The notes: generated by a model from the letters alone, not told the origin. A stretch of DNA of 59,804 bases from Desulfurococcales archaeon (GCA_027064885.1 JAMOOZ010000044.1:1-59804); one strand, 5' to 3'; counted from the stretch's first letter, positions 1-9,608 are shown. Numbers and translations: made by a program.

Positions 1-24
1 CCTTCTTGATCCCATTCGCGCCAC
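1..24 (-). CDS. rps4e: 5' end of 30S ribosomal protein S4e (partial, runs off window)
   Basis: Reverse strand reads GTG-GCG-CGA-ATG-GGA-TCA-AGA-AGG (MARMGSRR), preceded by an AGGTGA SD, immediately after rpl24. S4e follows L24 in archaeal spc clusters. Confidence 0.7.
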
Positions 25-26
25 AC

Positions 27-509
27 TCACTCACCTCCTTGAGGTGTACTTTCCTCCCTTTTAACCTCGAGGTCCTCTCCGACCTTCTCCTTAGGTTCCT
101 CAGCTTCTTTCTCGGTTACTTCCTCGGCAATCACCTCCGGTCTCCCCTTACGCCTCTCAATGATCTTCTTCCTGAACTTATCGCTGAGGTCAAGTTTAAC
201 TATCATCACGTTTGAGGGATGTATCGGGTAATAAACGGGGGTTCCGTCAGCCTTCTTTATTGTTACTCCGTCAATGTGCAGTGCTATCTTTTTGTAGTCG
301 ACAGCCACAACCTTACCCTCGTGTCCTGTCCACTCTCCCCTCACTACCCGTACAACATCGCCCTTACGAACAGGTAATCTCTTTATACCAAGTTTCTCTC
401 GGAGTTCCCGTACTAACTTTGCGGTCATGAACTTCCTCCTAATATGGAGAGGGGCATTAATCTGTGCAAGGCGTTGCTTTCCAGGTTTTTTCGACTTTGG
501 CACCATCAC
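27..509 (-). CDS. rpl24p: 50S ribosomal protein L24 (uL24), with acidic C-terminal tail
   Basis: SKKPGKQR...[11 protein letters not shown] motif [24 protein letters not shown]. Confidence 0.97.
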   Translation of the reverse strand: MMVPKSKKPGKQRLAQINAPLHIRRKFMTAKLVRELREKLGIKRLPVRKGDVVRVVRGEWTGHEGKVVAVDYKKIALHIDGVTIKKADGTPVYYPIHPSNVMIVKLDLSDKFRKKIIERRKGRPEVIAEEVTEKEAEEPKEKVGEDLEVKREESTPQGGE

Positions 510-521
510 TACTCCCCCACC

Positions 522-941
522 TCAAACAACCATTGACGCTATCGTTGATAGCCTAGCCCATCGTTCAGCGGCTTCCTTAGCTATCGGTCCTCTTATTTCA
601 GTGCCCTTAGGTGCCCCTTCCGGCGACACTATGACACACGCGTTGTCCTCGAAAGCAACCCACACGCCGTTAGGCCTCCTGAAGGGCTTTTTCTGCCTCA
701 CAATTATGGCATTCATAACCTGTCCAACCAAGTCAGCATTTCCCTTCTTTATCGTCACCACGACCATATCGCCCACCGTGGCGAAGGGAAGTCTCCTTAA
801 CCTAGTCTTAAGGCCCGGAACGCCTATTACCATAGCTTCCTTAGCGCCGCTATTGTCGGTTACTTTAAGTCTCGTGCCAACAACTATTCCGGGGACCCTG
901 CGAACCCTGCTATACGCAGCACCACCCTTCTTCTCCGGCAC
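522..941 (-). CDS. rpl14p: 50S ribosomal protein L14 (uL14)
   Basis: VTDNSGAKE, FEDNACVIV, PKGTEIRGPIAKEAAERW. Confidence 0.98.
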   Translation of the reverse strand: MPEKKGGAAYSRVRRVPGIVVGTRLKVTDNSGAKEAMVIGVPGLKTRLRRLPFATVGDMVVVTIKKGNADLVGQVMNAIIVRQKKPFRRPNGVWVAFEDNACVIVSPEGAPKGTEIRGPIAKEAAERWARLSTIASMVV

Positions 942-942
942 C

Positions 943-1302
943 TTAACTCACCCCCCTCTTAAGCACACCTAGCACTACCCAAGACACTGACTTCGCTAAC
1001 GGGCGTGTCTCACCGATCAACACGACGTCTCCGGGTTTAGCGTCAATGCATGGCGGGAGATGAGCGTGAATACGTGACCTCCTTCGTTCATACCTCATGT
1101 ACTTCTTTATGTAAACGAGGTACTCCCTCTCAATAACAACGGTTCGCCTCATCCTAGCCTTAAGTACCTTACCGACAAGTAACCCTCCACGCACCTTTAG
1201 ATGCCCGTGCCACGGGCATAGTGGATCGTCGCACTCCTTCTCCGGCGGATTCAACCCCTCGTACTTTATTCCTACATTCCTAACCCTGCTTGACATACTC
1301 AC
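943..1302 (-). CDS. rps17p: 30S ribosomal protein S17 (uS17)
   Basis: CDDPLCPWHG, KKYMRYERRRSRIHAHLPPC, GETRPLAKS. Confidence 0.98.
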   Translation of the reverse strand: MSMSSRVRNVGIKYEGLNPPEKECDDPLCPWHGHLKVRGGLLVGKVLKARMRRTVVIEREYLVYIKKYMRYERRRSRIHAHLPPCIDAKPGDVVLIGETRPLAKSVSWVVLGVLKRGVS

Positions 1303-1583
1303 ATCACACTCCCATACCTTTTCAACCTGTCTTCAGGCCTACCCATTATCCGGTCACCCTTGACCTCTACAGTGTGATGGTCACCGAGTTTAAAAAGGAA
1401 TACCCCACCCATTTTAGGCACGACTTTCCTGTTACCCTTGCTGTCCATGATGACTAAAGTGTTCATAGTCTCGTCGATAACCTCCCCCTTCATGCCAACG
1501 TAGGATTTGCTCGTATGGTCCTTCACCATTACTTCCAACCCTATCAATTCATGACATACAATATTCTTCTTGCTTCTCCTCAA
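1299..1583 (-). CDS. rnp1: Ribonuclease P protein component 1 (Rpp29/Pop4)
   Basis: HELIGL, GEVIDETMNTL, GRPEDRLK; canonical position between L29 and S17. Confidence 0.95.
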   Translation of the reverse strand: MRRSKKNIVCHELIGLEVMVKDHTSKSYVGMKGEVIDETMNTLVIMDSKGNRKVVPKMGGVFLFKLGDHHTVEVKGDRIMGRPEDRLKRYGSVM

Positions 1584-1807
1584 GATTTACTACCCTTCTT
1601 GCTCTGAGTTGATTTCAGTTCCTCTTCCTGCATTATCGTGAGTATCCTTGCAATGTCCTTACGAACCTGCTTTATTCTCCCGACATTTGTTAGTGTCCCG
1701 AGGTACGCTTGCGTCCTTAGCTTTATCAGCTCCGTCCTAAGCTCCCTTAACTTACGCATCCTCTCCTCTGGACTCATCCTCCTTATTTCATCGGGCTTCA
1801 AAGTCAT
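1580..1807 (-). CDS. rpl29p: 50S ribosomal protein L29 (uL29)
   Basis: LRELRTELIKLR...RIKQVRKDIARILTI. Confidence 0.97.
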   Translation of the reverse strand: MTLKPDEIRRMSPEERMRKLRELRTELIKLRTQAYLGTLTNVGRIKQVRKDIARILTIMQEEELKSTQSKKGSKS

Positions 1808-2430
1808 GCCGCTTCACCACCTACGCTCTCCTCACTTGCTTCCTTAATCCTAACTATATCGTCCGGCTCACCCGGCTTTACTATTAAGACCTCTATACCG
1901 TAGATACCTGGTTTCCGTAGTAAGTGTATGACTGCCCTATCGGTGAGGTGCTCGATGTGGTGTCCGGTCTTGTAGACCTTACCGGCACGTATTTTCTCGT
2001 ACCTAGCCCTCTCCGAGGTTAACTTACCACTGATTACGATCTCCACACCAACGGCACCCGCACCAAGAACTCTTCTAAGGGCAACGAATGCCGCCCTCCT
2101 GAAGTGATAACCTCTCTCTATGGCTAATGCGAGGCGAGTTGCTACGATCCTAGCGTCAAGATCTGGGTTCTCAACCTGGGTCACTGTTATTTGCGGATTC
2201 TCTAACTTGAAGTACTTCTCTAGAATCTCCGTTAATCTCCTTATGGTTTGACCTCTCCTACCTATTATCAGGGCAGGCCTGTCAGCATATATAATTACCC
2301 TAGTTCCAAGAGGTGTCTTAATCAGCTCCACCTTAGAGTACCCTGCCCTCATGAAGTTCTTTGCCAGATACTCGTCAATCTTTATTCGAAGAATATTCAA
2401 GCCTATGAAATGTGACTTTATGTCAACCAT
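1804..2430 (-). CDS. rps3p: 30S ribosomal protein S3 (uS3)
   Basis: KH motif RPALIIGRRG, GVEIVISGKLTSERAR. Confidence 0.98.
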   Translation of the reverse strand: MVDIKSHFIGLNILRIKIDEYLAKNFMRAGYSKVELIKTPLGTRVIIYADRPALIIGRRGQTIRRLTEILEKYFKLENPQITVTQVENPDLDARIVATRLALAIERGYHFRRAAFVALRRVLGAGAVGVEIVISGKLTSERARYEKIRAGKVYKTGHHIEHLTDRAVIHLLRKPGIYGIEVLIVKPGEPDDIVRIKEASEESVGGEAA

Positions 2431-2435
2431 TCACT

Positions 2436-2921
2436 TTACACCTCCTTAACTATTACCTCCATGTTAACCATGGTCCCAACCTTCGGGGTTGCACGACCGA
2501 AGGCGCGAGGTATCCACCTTTTAAGGTACCTACCCTTATGGACAGCTGCGTGAATTATGACTAGCCTATCAATATCTAGCTGCTTTTGCTCTGCATTATT
2601 CTCAACGTTTTTCAGTAATTTGAGAACAGTTTTAGCGGCTTTAACAGGATACCTACCTATTGGTGTTTTCCACCGTGGGAATCTCTGAGGTAGTCCCCGC
2701 TTATGGGCAATCTGTAGTTTATATCTAACATAAGGAATAGGGATTCTAAGCGCTATGACGTCCTCAAGCAATTTCTCGGCTTCCTTTAGCTTCATGCCCC
2801 GGATTATCTTAAATATCTCGTAGGTCTCCTTAAGTGAAATCGGCGCATCCCAAACCATGGCCTTAGCTACGCGATCTTCATCCTCCTTCTTCACCTTCAT
2901 GGAGTAGTGCCACACTGGCAT
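2436..2921 (-). CDS. rpl22p: 50S ribosomal protein L22 (uL22)
   Basis: GRYPVKAAK, PRAFGRATPK. Confidence 0.98.
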   Translation of the reverse strand: MPVWHYSMKVKKEDEDRVAKAMVWDAPISLKETYEIFKIIRGMKLKEAEKLLEDVIALRIPIPYVRYKLQIAHKRGLPQRFPRWKTPIGRYPVKAAKTVLKLLKNVENNAEQKQLDIDRLVIIHAAVHKGRYLKRWIPRAFGRATPKVGTMVNMEVIVKEV

Positions 2922-3050
2922 CGTCTCACCATCCCTACTGCCTAAGACCTTTTTAGGTGGGGCTTATAAGTTCATAAGTTTTACCCACGCGTGCGTAGAC
3001 TATGGAACTCTTAAAACCGCTTAATGGTAGTTAAGCGTAGGTGTGCAGTT

Positions 3051-4502
3051 ATGAGTCATAACATCCCACTGCGAAGGGTAGATAAGTACACGTGGGAAAT
3101 ACCGAAGGGAACCAAGTCCTGTATGAAGGTACCGGCAATAATATTCGCTGATGAGTACCTGCTAGGTAAAATGAAGACTGACTTAACGTTAGTTCAAGCA
3201 GCTAACATAGCGTGTCTTGACGGCGTTGTCTTAGCAACTTACGTGATGCCCGATGGCCACCAGGGCTACGGCTTCCCAATAGGTGGCGTCGCCGCCATGA
3301 AGGCTGACGGAGGCGTGATCTCGCCGGGAGGAGTTGGTTACGACATAAACTGCGGTGTTAGGCTACTTTCAACCGAGTTAAGAGTCGACGACGTAAAGCC
3401 GAAGCTAAAGGAACTCGTCGACACAATCTTCAGGAACGTACCATCCGGTGTTGGAAGCACAGGAAAACTTAGGTTAAGCTTCAGCGAACTCGATAAGGTT
3501 CTTAATGAGGGAGCCCGGTGGGCTGTAAGAAACGGTTTTGGCTGGGCCGACGATACCGAGCATATAGAGGCTCAAGGTCGGATACCTTGGGCTGACGCAA
3601 GCAAGGTAAGTAACACTGCTAAGAGAAGAGGTGCTCCCCAGCTAGGCACATTAGGTGCTGGGAACCACTTCCTGGAAATCCAGGTAGTAGATAAGATCTA
3701 CAATCCCGCCATAGCTAAGGTACTAGGGATTCACGAGGAGGGGCAAGTCACCGTAATGGTTCACACAGGGTCAAGAGGTCTTGGACATCAGGTAGCCAGC
3801 GACTACCTAATAATTATGGAAAGAGCAATGCGCAAGTACGGAATAAGGCCCCCGGACAGGGAACTTGCTTCAGTCCCCTTCAACAGTAAGGAGGGGCAAG
3901 ATTACTTCAAGGCCATGGGCGCAGCAGCAAACTTTGCTTTTGCCAACAGGCAAATAATAACACATTGGGTCCGCGAGTCCTTCGGTAAGGTATTCCACAC
4001 TGACCCGGACAAACTAGGGTTGAAGATAATATATGACCTAGCACACAACATCGCTAAGCTCGAAGAACATGAAGTGGACGGAAAGAGAATGAAACTCGTG
4101 GTCCACAGGAAAGGAGCAACAAGGGCGTTCCCGCCGGGCCACCCAGAGATACCGAAGGACCATAAGTCAATAGGACAGGTGGTACTGATACCGGGTTCCA
4201 TGGGGACAGCTAGCTACGTTATGGTGGGAGTACCTGAAGGGAAACGCACGTTCTACTCAGCAGCGCACGGAGCTGGCAGGTGGATGTCGAGACACGCAGC
4301 AATAAGAACGTACAGACCTCAAGAGGTTACCTCCAGCCTAGCTAAGCAAGGCATATACCTCCACGCAGCAACGAGGAGAGTAATAAGCGAGGAGGCGCCT
4401 GGTGCATACAAGGACGTAGACAGGGTAGCGATGGTAACTCATCAAGTAAAAATAGCAGCGCTAGTCGCTAGGCTCAAACCGATCGGGGTTGTCAAAGGTT
4501 AA
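3051..4502 (+). CDS. rtcB: tRNA-splicing/RNA repair ligase RtcB
   Basis: MPDGHQGYGFPIGGV, GYDINCGVR, GNHFLE, HTGSRG, HRKGAT, HGAGR, EEAPGAYK. ATG at 3051 preferred over 3024. Confidence 0.98.
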   Translation: MSHNIPLRRVDKYTWEIPKGTKSCMKVPAIIFADEYLLGKMKTDLTLVQAANIACLDGVVLATYVMPDGHQGYGFPIGGVAAMKADGGVISPGGVGYDINCGVRLLSTELRVDDVKPKLKELVDTIFRNVPSGVGSTGKLRLSFSELDKVLNEGARWAVRNGFGWADDTEHIEAQGRIPWADASKVSNTAKRRGAPQLGTLGAGNHFLEIQVVDKIYNPAIAKVLGIHEEGQVTVMVHTGSRGLGHQVASDYLIIMERAMRKYGIRPPDRELASVPFNSKEGQDYFKAMGAAANFAFANRQIITHWVRESFGKVFHTDPDKLGLKIIYDLAHNIAKLEEHEVDGKRMKLVVHRKGATRAFPPGHPEIPKDHKSIGQVVLIPGSMGTASYVMVGVPEGKRTFYSAAHGAGRWMSRHAAIRTYRPQEVTSSLAKQGIYLHAATRRVISEEAPGAYKDVDRVAMVTHQVKIAALVARLKPIGVVKG

Positions 4503-4507
4503 ACACG

Positions 4508-4903
4508 ATGCCAGTAATCAAGCCAGCATACGTACGTAGAGACAGATTTTTTCATAAGTGCAAGATTGTAACATCCCCAAGGAATGTACGCATCATAATC
4601 TATCCAGACATAAGTAACAGACTTGTTAAGATAAAGGGACAACTCTCAATAAGGGAGCTACATACTCTCTTATCAAGCAAAGGCATCACGGAACTGGAGG
4701 TCCATGCAAGTGACGTCCTCAACATCCGTAAGTACCCCCTGAGAAGGACACGGAGAGATCTTGCTGGCTTATTCCCCGAGGAGGTTAGCGGAAACGTATC
4801 AGAGGTACTAATAAAGCTAAGAAGTGGTAGGGAAATCTGTTTAATCCTTTTCGAGAGGGACGTTGGCAGACTCGTAAAAAGCCTGAAGAAATATGTTGAT
4901 TAA
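4508..4903 (+). CDS. Hypothetical basic protein, probably co-transcribed with rtcB
   Basis: 131 aa ORF starting 5 nt after the rtcB stop; no family motif recognised. Confidence 0.7.
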   Translation: MPVIKPAYVRRDRFFHKCKIVTSPRNVRIIIYPDISNRLVKIKGQLSIRELHTLLSSKGITELEVHASDVLNIRKYPLRRTRRDLAGLFPEEVSGNVSEVLIKLRSGREICLILFERDVGRLVKSLKKYVD

Positions 4904-4922
4904 ATGCAAGAGATGCTTATGC

Positions 4923-5408
4923 TTACTTCATTGCAACGAACAGTGTTGACCTAGTTGCCTTCAGGCCCGGCTCTCCATGCTGCACTATCTTGGTTGTTGG
5001 CGCGAACTCCCCTAGATAATGTCCTATCATTTCAGGCGTTATTCTCACTGGTATGAATTCTTTACCATTATACACTTCAATTGTGAGTCCGACCATTACC
5101 GGCAGTATTATCATGTCCCTAACATGTGTCCTTATGCGAACTTTCTTGCCTTGCTTCAGTAGTTCCCTAGCCTCCATGACCTTCCTAAGCAACTTTAGCC
5201 TAGGGGAATCCTTAATACCCATCTCCATCCTTCTCTGCTGTATCTCAGGGGAGGATTCCCTGAGTAGTGATCTCCTTGCCCTCGAAGGCAGTAATTCCAG
5301 TAACCGATCCATAGGCATGTTCAGTAGTTCCTCGAGAGTCTTTCCTCTGTACCTAAACTTCCTCCACTCCGGCGGTACCTCGATGTCGAGCGCCACTCTA
5401 CGCACCAA
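4923..5408 (-). CDS. rps19p: 30S ribosomal protein S19 (uS19)
   Basis: [40 protein letters not shown]. Confidence 0.97.
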   Translation of the reverse strand: MVRRVALDIEVPPEWRKFRYRGKTLEELLNMPMDRLLELLPSRARRSLLRESSPEIQQRRMEMGIKDSPRLKLLRKVMEARELLKQGKKVRIRTHVRDMIILPVMVGLTIEVYNGKEFIPVRITPEMIGHYLGEFAPTTKIVQHGEPGLKATRSTLFVAMK

Positions 5409-5467
5409 CCCGTCTTTACTTTGCGAGCTTTATTAGTTTTCCTCTCTCATCCTGCCAACACTTAAGG

Positions 5468-6343
5468 TTATTTCTTAGACCATAACTCCGTGTTTATCTG
5501 AGCCAGAACGGCGTGTAGAGCTTCAATAGTTCGTACTGAGAGCACTCCTTGCCCTGGGATAAAGTTCACTCTCCATACCGGTTCAAGGGCTGAAAACCTT
5601 TCCCTGCCAAGGATTTCATCGAAGTCCAACTTGTTATTACCAAAGAGTAGGACCAGCCCTTCACTCCGCAGTGCCTCACTCAGCAGGGATTTCCTTAGTC
5701 CTCGCTTGGAAAAACTTTCACCCTGCTTAGACGTTAAAACGATTGTGCCCTTGAAATACTTGATCGCGTTCACTATGTCGTCTCCTGCTCTCAATACCCT
5801 ATAACCTACGTATTCATCTATCTCTTCCGGCCTTACTTCACGACACTTCATGGGCTTGGCGCGTTCAATTCTAACTAGGATCCGTTCTCTCGGCTTAAGT
5901 TCCCGAGACGATTCGGTAAAGCAAAGGTTCTTTGACCCCACAAATGTCTTAGCTGTTGTACCCCATGAGACTACCACGACTCCCTCCCTAAGGTCACCAC
6001 GAGCAGGTGCTTTGTTTGCAGGATTGTGAGTAACTATGTTAAGTGGGTGCAGAAGCCCTGCATACCTTAATTCAGGTGTTATCGGGACTATCCTTTTTCG
6101 AAGGTAGGGTGGAACCTGCAGGTAGCTTAACAAGGTTGCTAAGAGGTCAGCATCACCTTCTCCGGCGAACTCATCATCGTATATTATAACGTCATTGACC
6201 TTATACATCGCTAAGATACGTCCGAGTTCGCCCGCGAATTCCGTCTTCTCTCGAAGCGTAGGCAGTATTGATAGGTTGGATGCAGGTATAACCACTACCA
6301 CATGTACTGGGTGCTTCCGAGGAGGCCATACAAAAGCTTTCAA
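5468..6343 (-). CDS. SPOUT-family RNA methyltransferase (MTH1/DUF171 type)
   Basis: LREKT..G..GR, VPPYLRK, LRYAGLLHPL, NFIPGQGVLSVRTIEAL; family is usually linked to rpl3. Confidence 0.88.
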   Translation of the reverse strand: MKAFVWPPRKHPVHVVVVIPASNLSILPTLREKTEFAGELGRILAMYKVNDVIIYDDEFAGEGDADLLATLLSYLQVPPYLRKRIVPITPELRYAGLLHPLNIVTHNPANKAPARGDLREGVVVVSWGTTAKTFVGSKNLCFTESSRELKPRERILVRIERAKPMKCREVRPEEIDEYVGYRVLRAGDDIVNAIKYFKGTIVLTSKQGESFSKRGLRKSLLSEALRSEGLVLLFGNNKLDFDEILGRERFSALEPVWRVNFIPGQGVLSVRTIEALHAVLAQINTELWSKK

Positions 6344-6421
6344 CTCAACTCAACTCCAGCACTTGTCTAATATTACCTCGCCAGCTTGCTAGTTTAAATG
6401 CGTAAAAACCTTAGTGATGGC

Positions 6422-6559
6422 TTACCTCTTCCTTCTCTTACCCCTACCTCTCTGCCTCCCTTTCTCCTGTTCCTTCTTCTTTTCTTCCTTTATTCCACCA
6501 ACACCCATGAAGAGCGTTGTTTTCTGGCGACCACCCATACCCTTACTACCTCCTGTCAT
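6422..6559 (-). CDS. Small basic protein, 45 aa (38 aa from ATG 6538), absent from ORF track
   Basis: Reads MTGGSKGMGGRQKTTLFMGVGGIKEEKKKEQEKGRQRGRGKRRKR*. Purine-rich coding strand, GGAGGT SD before the second ATG, TATA-like CTTAATAA upstream. Confidence 0.6.
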   Translation of the reverse strand: MTGGSKGMGGRQKTTLFMGVGGIKEEKKKEQEKGRQRGRGKRRKR

Positions 6560-6594
6560 AGCTTATTACCCGCCTTATTAAGGTAAGTGTGAAA

Positions 6595-6650
6595 GTGAAT
6601 GATGTGTTTGCCGAGTTCTGATGGGTGATGTGGGGACATAGGCTGACACA
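6595..6650 (+). ncRNA. Box C/D guide sRNA (D' guide matches 23S rRNA GGAACUCGGCAAA)
   Basis: C ATGATGT 6599-6605; guide GTTTGCCGAGTT; D' CTGA 6618-6621; C' GTGATGT 6625-6631; guide GGGGACATAGG; D CTGA 6643-6646. Confidence 0.88.
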
Positions 6651-6723
6651 ACCTTACAAAAAGCATTATAAGCTAAGGATTTAAAGCCAGATAGCAGACA
6701 CTTGGAGGTAGTGGTGTGGAGGT

Positions 6724-7776
6724 ATGGCACGACGGAAGCACTCAGCGCCACGTAGGGGTAGCCTAGGGGTAAGACCTAGAAAGAGGGCATCCAAGTTTGT
6801 GCCTAGAGTGAAGACTTGGCCGGAAGTGAACTTTGATGAGCCCAGACCCCTAGGGTTCTTAGGTTACAAGGTTGGGATGACCCACATAATAATGATTGAC
6901 GATAGGCCTGGAACACCAACATATGGAAAGGAAATATTCGTTCCAGTAACCGTGATCGAGACGCCCCCGATGCTTCCTGTTGCGGCAAGATTCTACGAAG
7001 CAACCGTTGGCGGACTGAGGACACTTACAGAAGTCTGGACACAGCCCCCCGAGGAGCTCCAGATAAAGCGAAGAATAAAGTCACTGAAGGTAAGTGAAGA
7101 GAACGCTGAGAAGGCACGTAAGAAGCTAGAGAACAATAAGGACTACATTGCTAGGGTTTCCTTAATTCTAGCATCGCAACCACGGTTAACTGGAGGCCTC
7201 AGCAAGAAGATTCCCGATATCGTGGAGGTTAAGGTGGGTGGAGGAAACATAGAAAATCAGGTACGGTACGCGTTAAACATTCTTGGAAAGGCCTTGAAGA
7301 TTTCAGACGTATTCCGTGAAGGCCAATTCATAGACGTAATAGGGGTGACTAAGGGTAAAGGATTCCAAGGCGTAGTAAAAAGGTTCGGCGTCAAGGAGCT
7401 ACCGAAATGGAACAAACAAAGGAAAGGATCAAGAAGAATAGGTGCCAGGAGCCCAGGCATTGGCGCGATCAGCCCTGTGCCACAGGCTGGTCAAATGGGC
7501 ATGCATAGAAGGACGGAATACAATAAAAGGATCATAGCTATGAGAATAGTAAGCGATAAGACTGCCGAGGAGGCGGAAAAGATCTTACGCGAGTTTACGC
7601 CAGTAAGCGCATTCCCACATTATGGCCTCTTAAGGACAGACTACATCGTTGTTAGGGGGAGCGTGCAGGGAACACCTAAACGCCCGCTTGTACTGCGATG
7701 GCCCGTAAGGCCGCCTAAATGGGTTCCTGAGCAGGCACTTAAGGTAATTTACGTAAGCTTAGAAAGCAAAATCTGA
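6724..7776 (+). CDS. rpl3p: 50S ribosomal protein L3 (uL3)
   Basis: PRRGSLGVRPRKRA, GYKVGMTH, TKGKGFQGVVKRFG, PQAGQMGMHRRTEYNK. Confidence 0.98.
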   Translation: MARRKHSAPRRGSLGVRPRKRASKFVPRVKTWPEVNFDEPRPLGFLGYKVGMTHIIMIDDRPGTPTYGKEIFVPVTVIETPPMLPVAARFYEATVGGLRTLTEVWTQPPEELQIKRRIKSLKVSEENAEKARKKLENNKDYIARVSLILASQPRLTGGLSKKIPDIVEVKVGGGNIENQVRYALNILGKALKISDVFREGQFIDVIGVTKGKGFQGVVKRFGVKELPKWNKQRKGSRRIGARSPGIGAISPVPQAGQMGMHRRTEYNKRIIAMRIVSDKTAEEAEKILREFTPVSAFPHYGLLRTDYIVVRGSVQGTPKRPLVLRWPVRPPKWVPEQALKVIYVSLESKI

Positions 7777-7788
7777 GCCGGGTGGTGA

Positions 7789-8610
7789 GTGATGGCGTAC
7801 AGGATAGTGTGGCTCGGATTAAGGAAAGGCTTAGGGAAACGAGTACCTGTCTACGGACTAGATGGAACTCCAGTTAAGGAAGTCGAGCTACCTTTGGTCT
7901 TTAGCCTACCAGTGAGGAAGGACCTAATAAGGAGGGCATTCCATTCTGCCCACACGGCGCGGCTCCAGCCTAAAGGTAGAGACCCCCTAGCTGGCATGAG
8001 GAGGGCTGGTGAGTCATGGGGTATTCACCACAGCGTTGCAAGAGTTCCGAGGCTTGATAATGGACGTGCCGTAATAGCTCCAATGACTCGTGGCGGAAGG
8101 CTCGCTCATCCACCAAGGGTTGAGAAGGTGCTTCGTGAGGAGATAAATAAGAAGGAACGTATTAGAGCGATAGCTTCAGCAATTGCCGCAACATCCAGAG
8201 AGGAGCTAGTCAGGGCAAGAGGCCATAAGTTCAGTATGGAAACCCTACCCGTGATTGTTGTGGACGACCTAGAGAGCGTGAGTAGCACTGCTGAAGCTAA
8301 GAAAGCGCTACAGAACATAGGTCTTTGGGAAGATGTTGAAAGAGCCGCTACAAGGAAGCGGGTAAGGAGCGGGAAAGGAAAGATGAGAGGAAGGAGATAT
8401 AAGGTTCCCAAATCCCTGCTTATAGTTGTGTCGAGTCACGATGTCCCTGCAGTAAAAGCCTTCAGGAACCTGCCCGGCGTGGACGTGATCTCTGTCGACA
8501 ACATAAGCGTGTTACACCTCGCACCCGGCGGTGTTCCAGGTAGGTTGACAGTGTATAGCCTTTCAGCCTTATCAAAGATAGGAGAAAAGTTTGAGGTGAT
8601 TTCAACATGA
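7789..8610 (+). CDS. rpl4p: 50S ribosomal protein L4 (uL4)
   Basis: [42 protein letters not shown]. Confidence 0.98.
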   Translation: MMAYRIVWLGLRKGLGKRVPVYGLDGTPVKEVELPLVFSLPVRKDLIRRAFHSAHTARLQPKGRDPLAGMRRAGESWGIHHSVARVPRLDNGRAVIAPMTRGGRLAHPPRVEKVLREEINKKERIRAIASAIAATSREELVRARGHKFSMETLPVIVVDDLESVSSTAEAKKALQNIGLWEDVERAATRKRVRSGKGKMRGRRYKVPKSLLIVVSSHDVPAVKAFRNLPGVDVISVDNISVLHLAPGGVPGRLTVYSLSALSKIGEKFEVIST

Positions 8611-8870
8611 GGGATCCAGCTACCGTAATAAAGAGGATTGTGGCTACTGAAAAAGCCTTAAGTTATATTGAGACCACCAATACCTTAACTTTCATAGTTG
8701 ACTTAAAGGCAACTAAACATGAAGTTAAGAGGGCGGTCGAGGAACTCTTCGATGTTAAGGTTGAAAAGGTCCGCACGCTAATCACTCCTAAGGGTGAAAA
8801 GAAAGCCTACGTCAGGCTCGCTCCAGAATACAAGGCCAGCGAGGTGGCAACTCGCCTAGGCATAATCTGA
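8607..8870 (+). CDS. rpl23p: 50S ribosomal protein L23 (uL23)
   Basis: [21 protein letters not shown]. Confidence 0.98.
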   Translation: MRDPATVIKRIVATEKALSYIETTNTLTFIVDLKATKHEVKRAVEELFDVKVEKVRTLITPKGEKKAYVRLAPEYKASEVATRLGII

Positions 8871-8891
8871 TCATGATGGGAGGTGTGACCC

Positions 8892-9608
8892 ATGGGTAAG
8901 AGGATAAGGCAACAAAGGGCTGGCCGTGGGGGTCAACAGTTCAGGAACAGGGGGCACTTAAGGGTAGCACCAGCTAAGTATCCATCACTAAGCGACGTCA
9001 CGTTAACGGGTGTCATAACTGAGTTAGTTCACGACCCCGGCAGGTGGGTACCTCTAGCCCACATAGAGCTAGAGGACGGTACAGAGTATTACGTACCGGC
9101 AGCAGAGGGTATGTATGTAGGTCAGAAAGTAGCCATCGGGCCAGACGCGCCGATAGCCATAGGAAACACCCTTCCTTTAGGTAAGATCCCTGAAGGCACA
9201 AAGGTATACAACATAGAGTTAAGGCCAGGAGATGGCGGCAAACTAGCGAGGCAATCAGGTAGCTACGCCATAATCTTAGGTAGGTCCGGAAGATATACAA
9301 TAGTTCAGCTACCTAGCGGGAGACAGAAGAACATACTCAGCACAGCTAGGGCTACTATAGGTGTCCCTGCAGGCGCTGGACGCACTGAGAAGCCTCTGCT
9401 AAAAGCCGGGCTAGCGCACTATAAGTGGAGGCCCAAGGCACACATCTGGCCTAGAGTGCGTGGAGTTGCCATGAACGCCGTCAGCCACAAATTCGGCGGC
9501 GGCTCACACCAAAGTGTGTCAATACCATCCACAGTGTCAAGGAACGCTCCACCCGGTAGGAAGGTAGGCCACATCGCCGCTAGAAGGACTGGCAGAAGGA
9601 AGAGGTAA
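8892..9608 (+). CDS. rpl2p: 50S ribosomal protein L2 (uL2)
   Basis: MGKRIRQQRAGRG, HDPGR, WPRVRGVAMN, PPGRKVGHIAARRTGR. Confidence 0.98.
   Translation: MGKRIRQQRAGRGGQQFRNRGHLRVAPAKYPSLSDVTLTGVITELVHDPGRWVPLAHIELEDGTEYYVPAAEGMYVGQKVAIGPDAPIAIGNTLPLGKIPEGTKVYNIELRPGDGGKLARQSGSYAIILGRSGRYTIVQLPSGRQKNILSTARATIGVPAGAGRTEKPLLKAGLAHYKWRPKAHIWPRVRGVAMNAVSHKFGGGSHQSVSIPSTVSRNAPPGRKVGHIAARRTGRRKR

Noticed and set aside
6398..6586. Plus-strand 62 aa hydrophobic ORF in the track
   Set aside because: Pyrimidine-rich shadow of the minus-strand basic ORF 6422-6559, which has SD and TATA support
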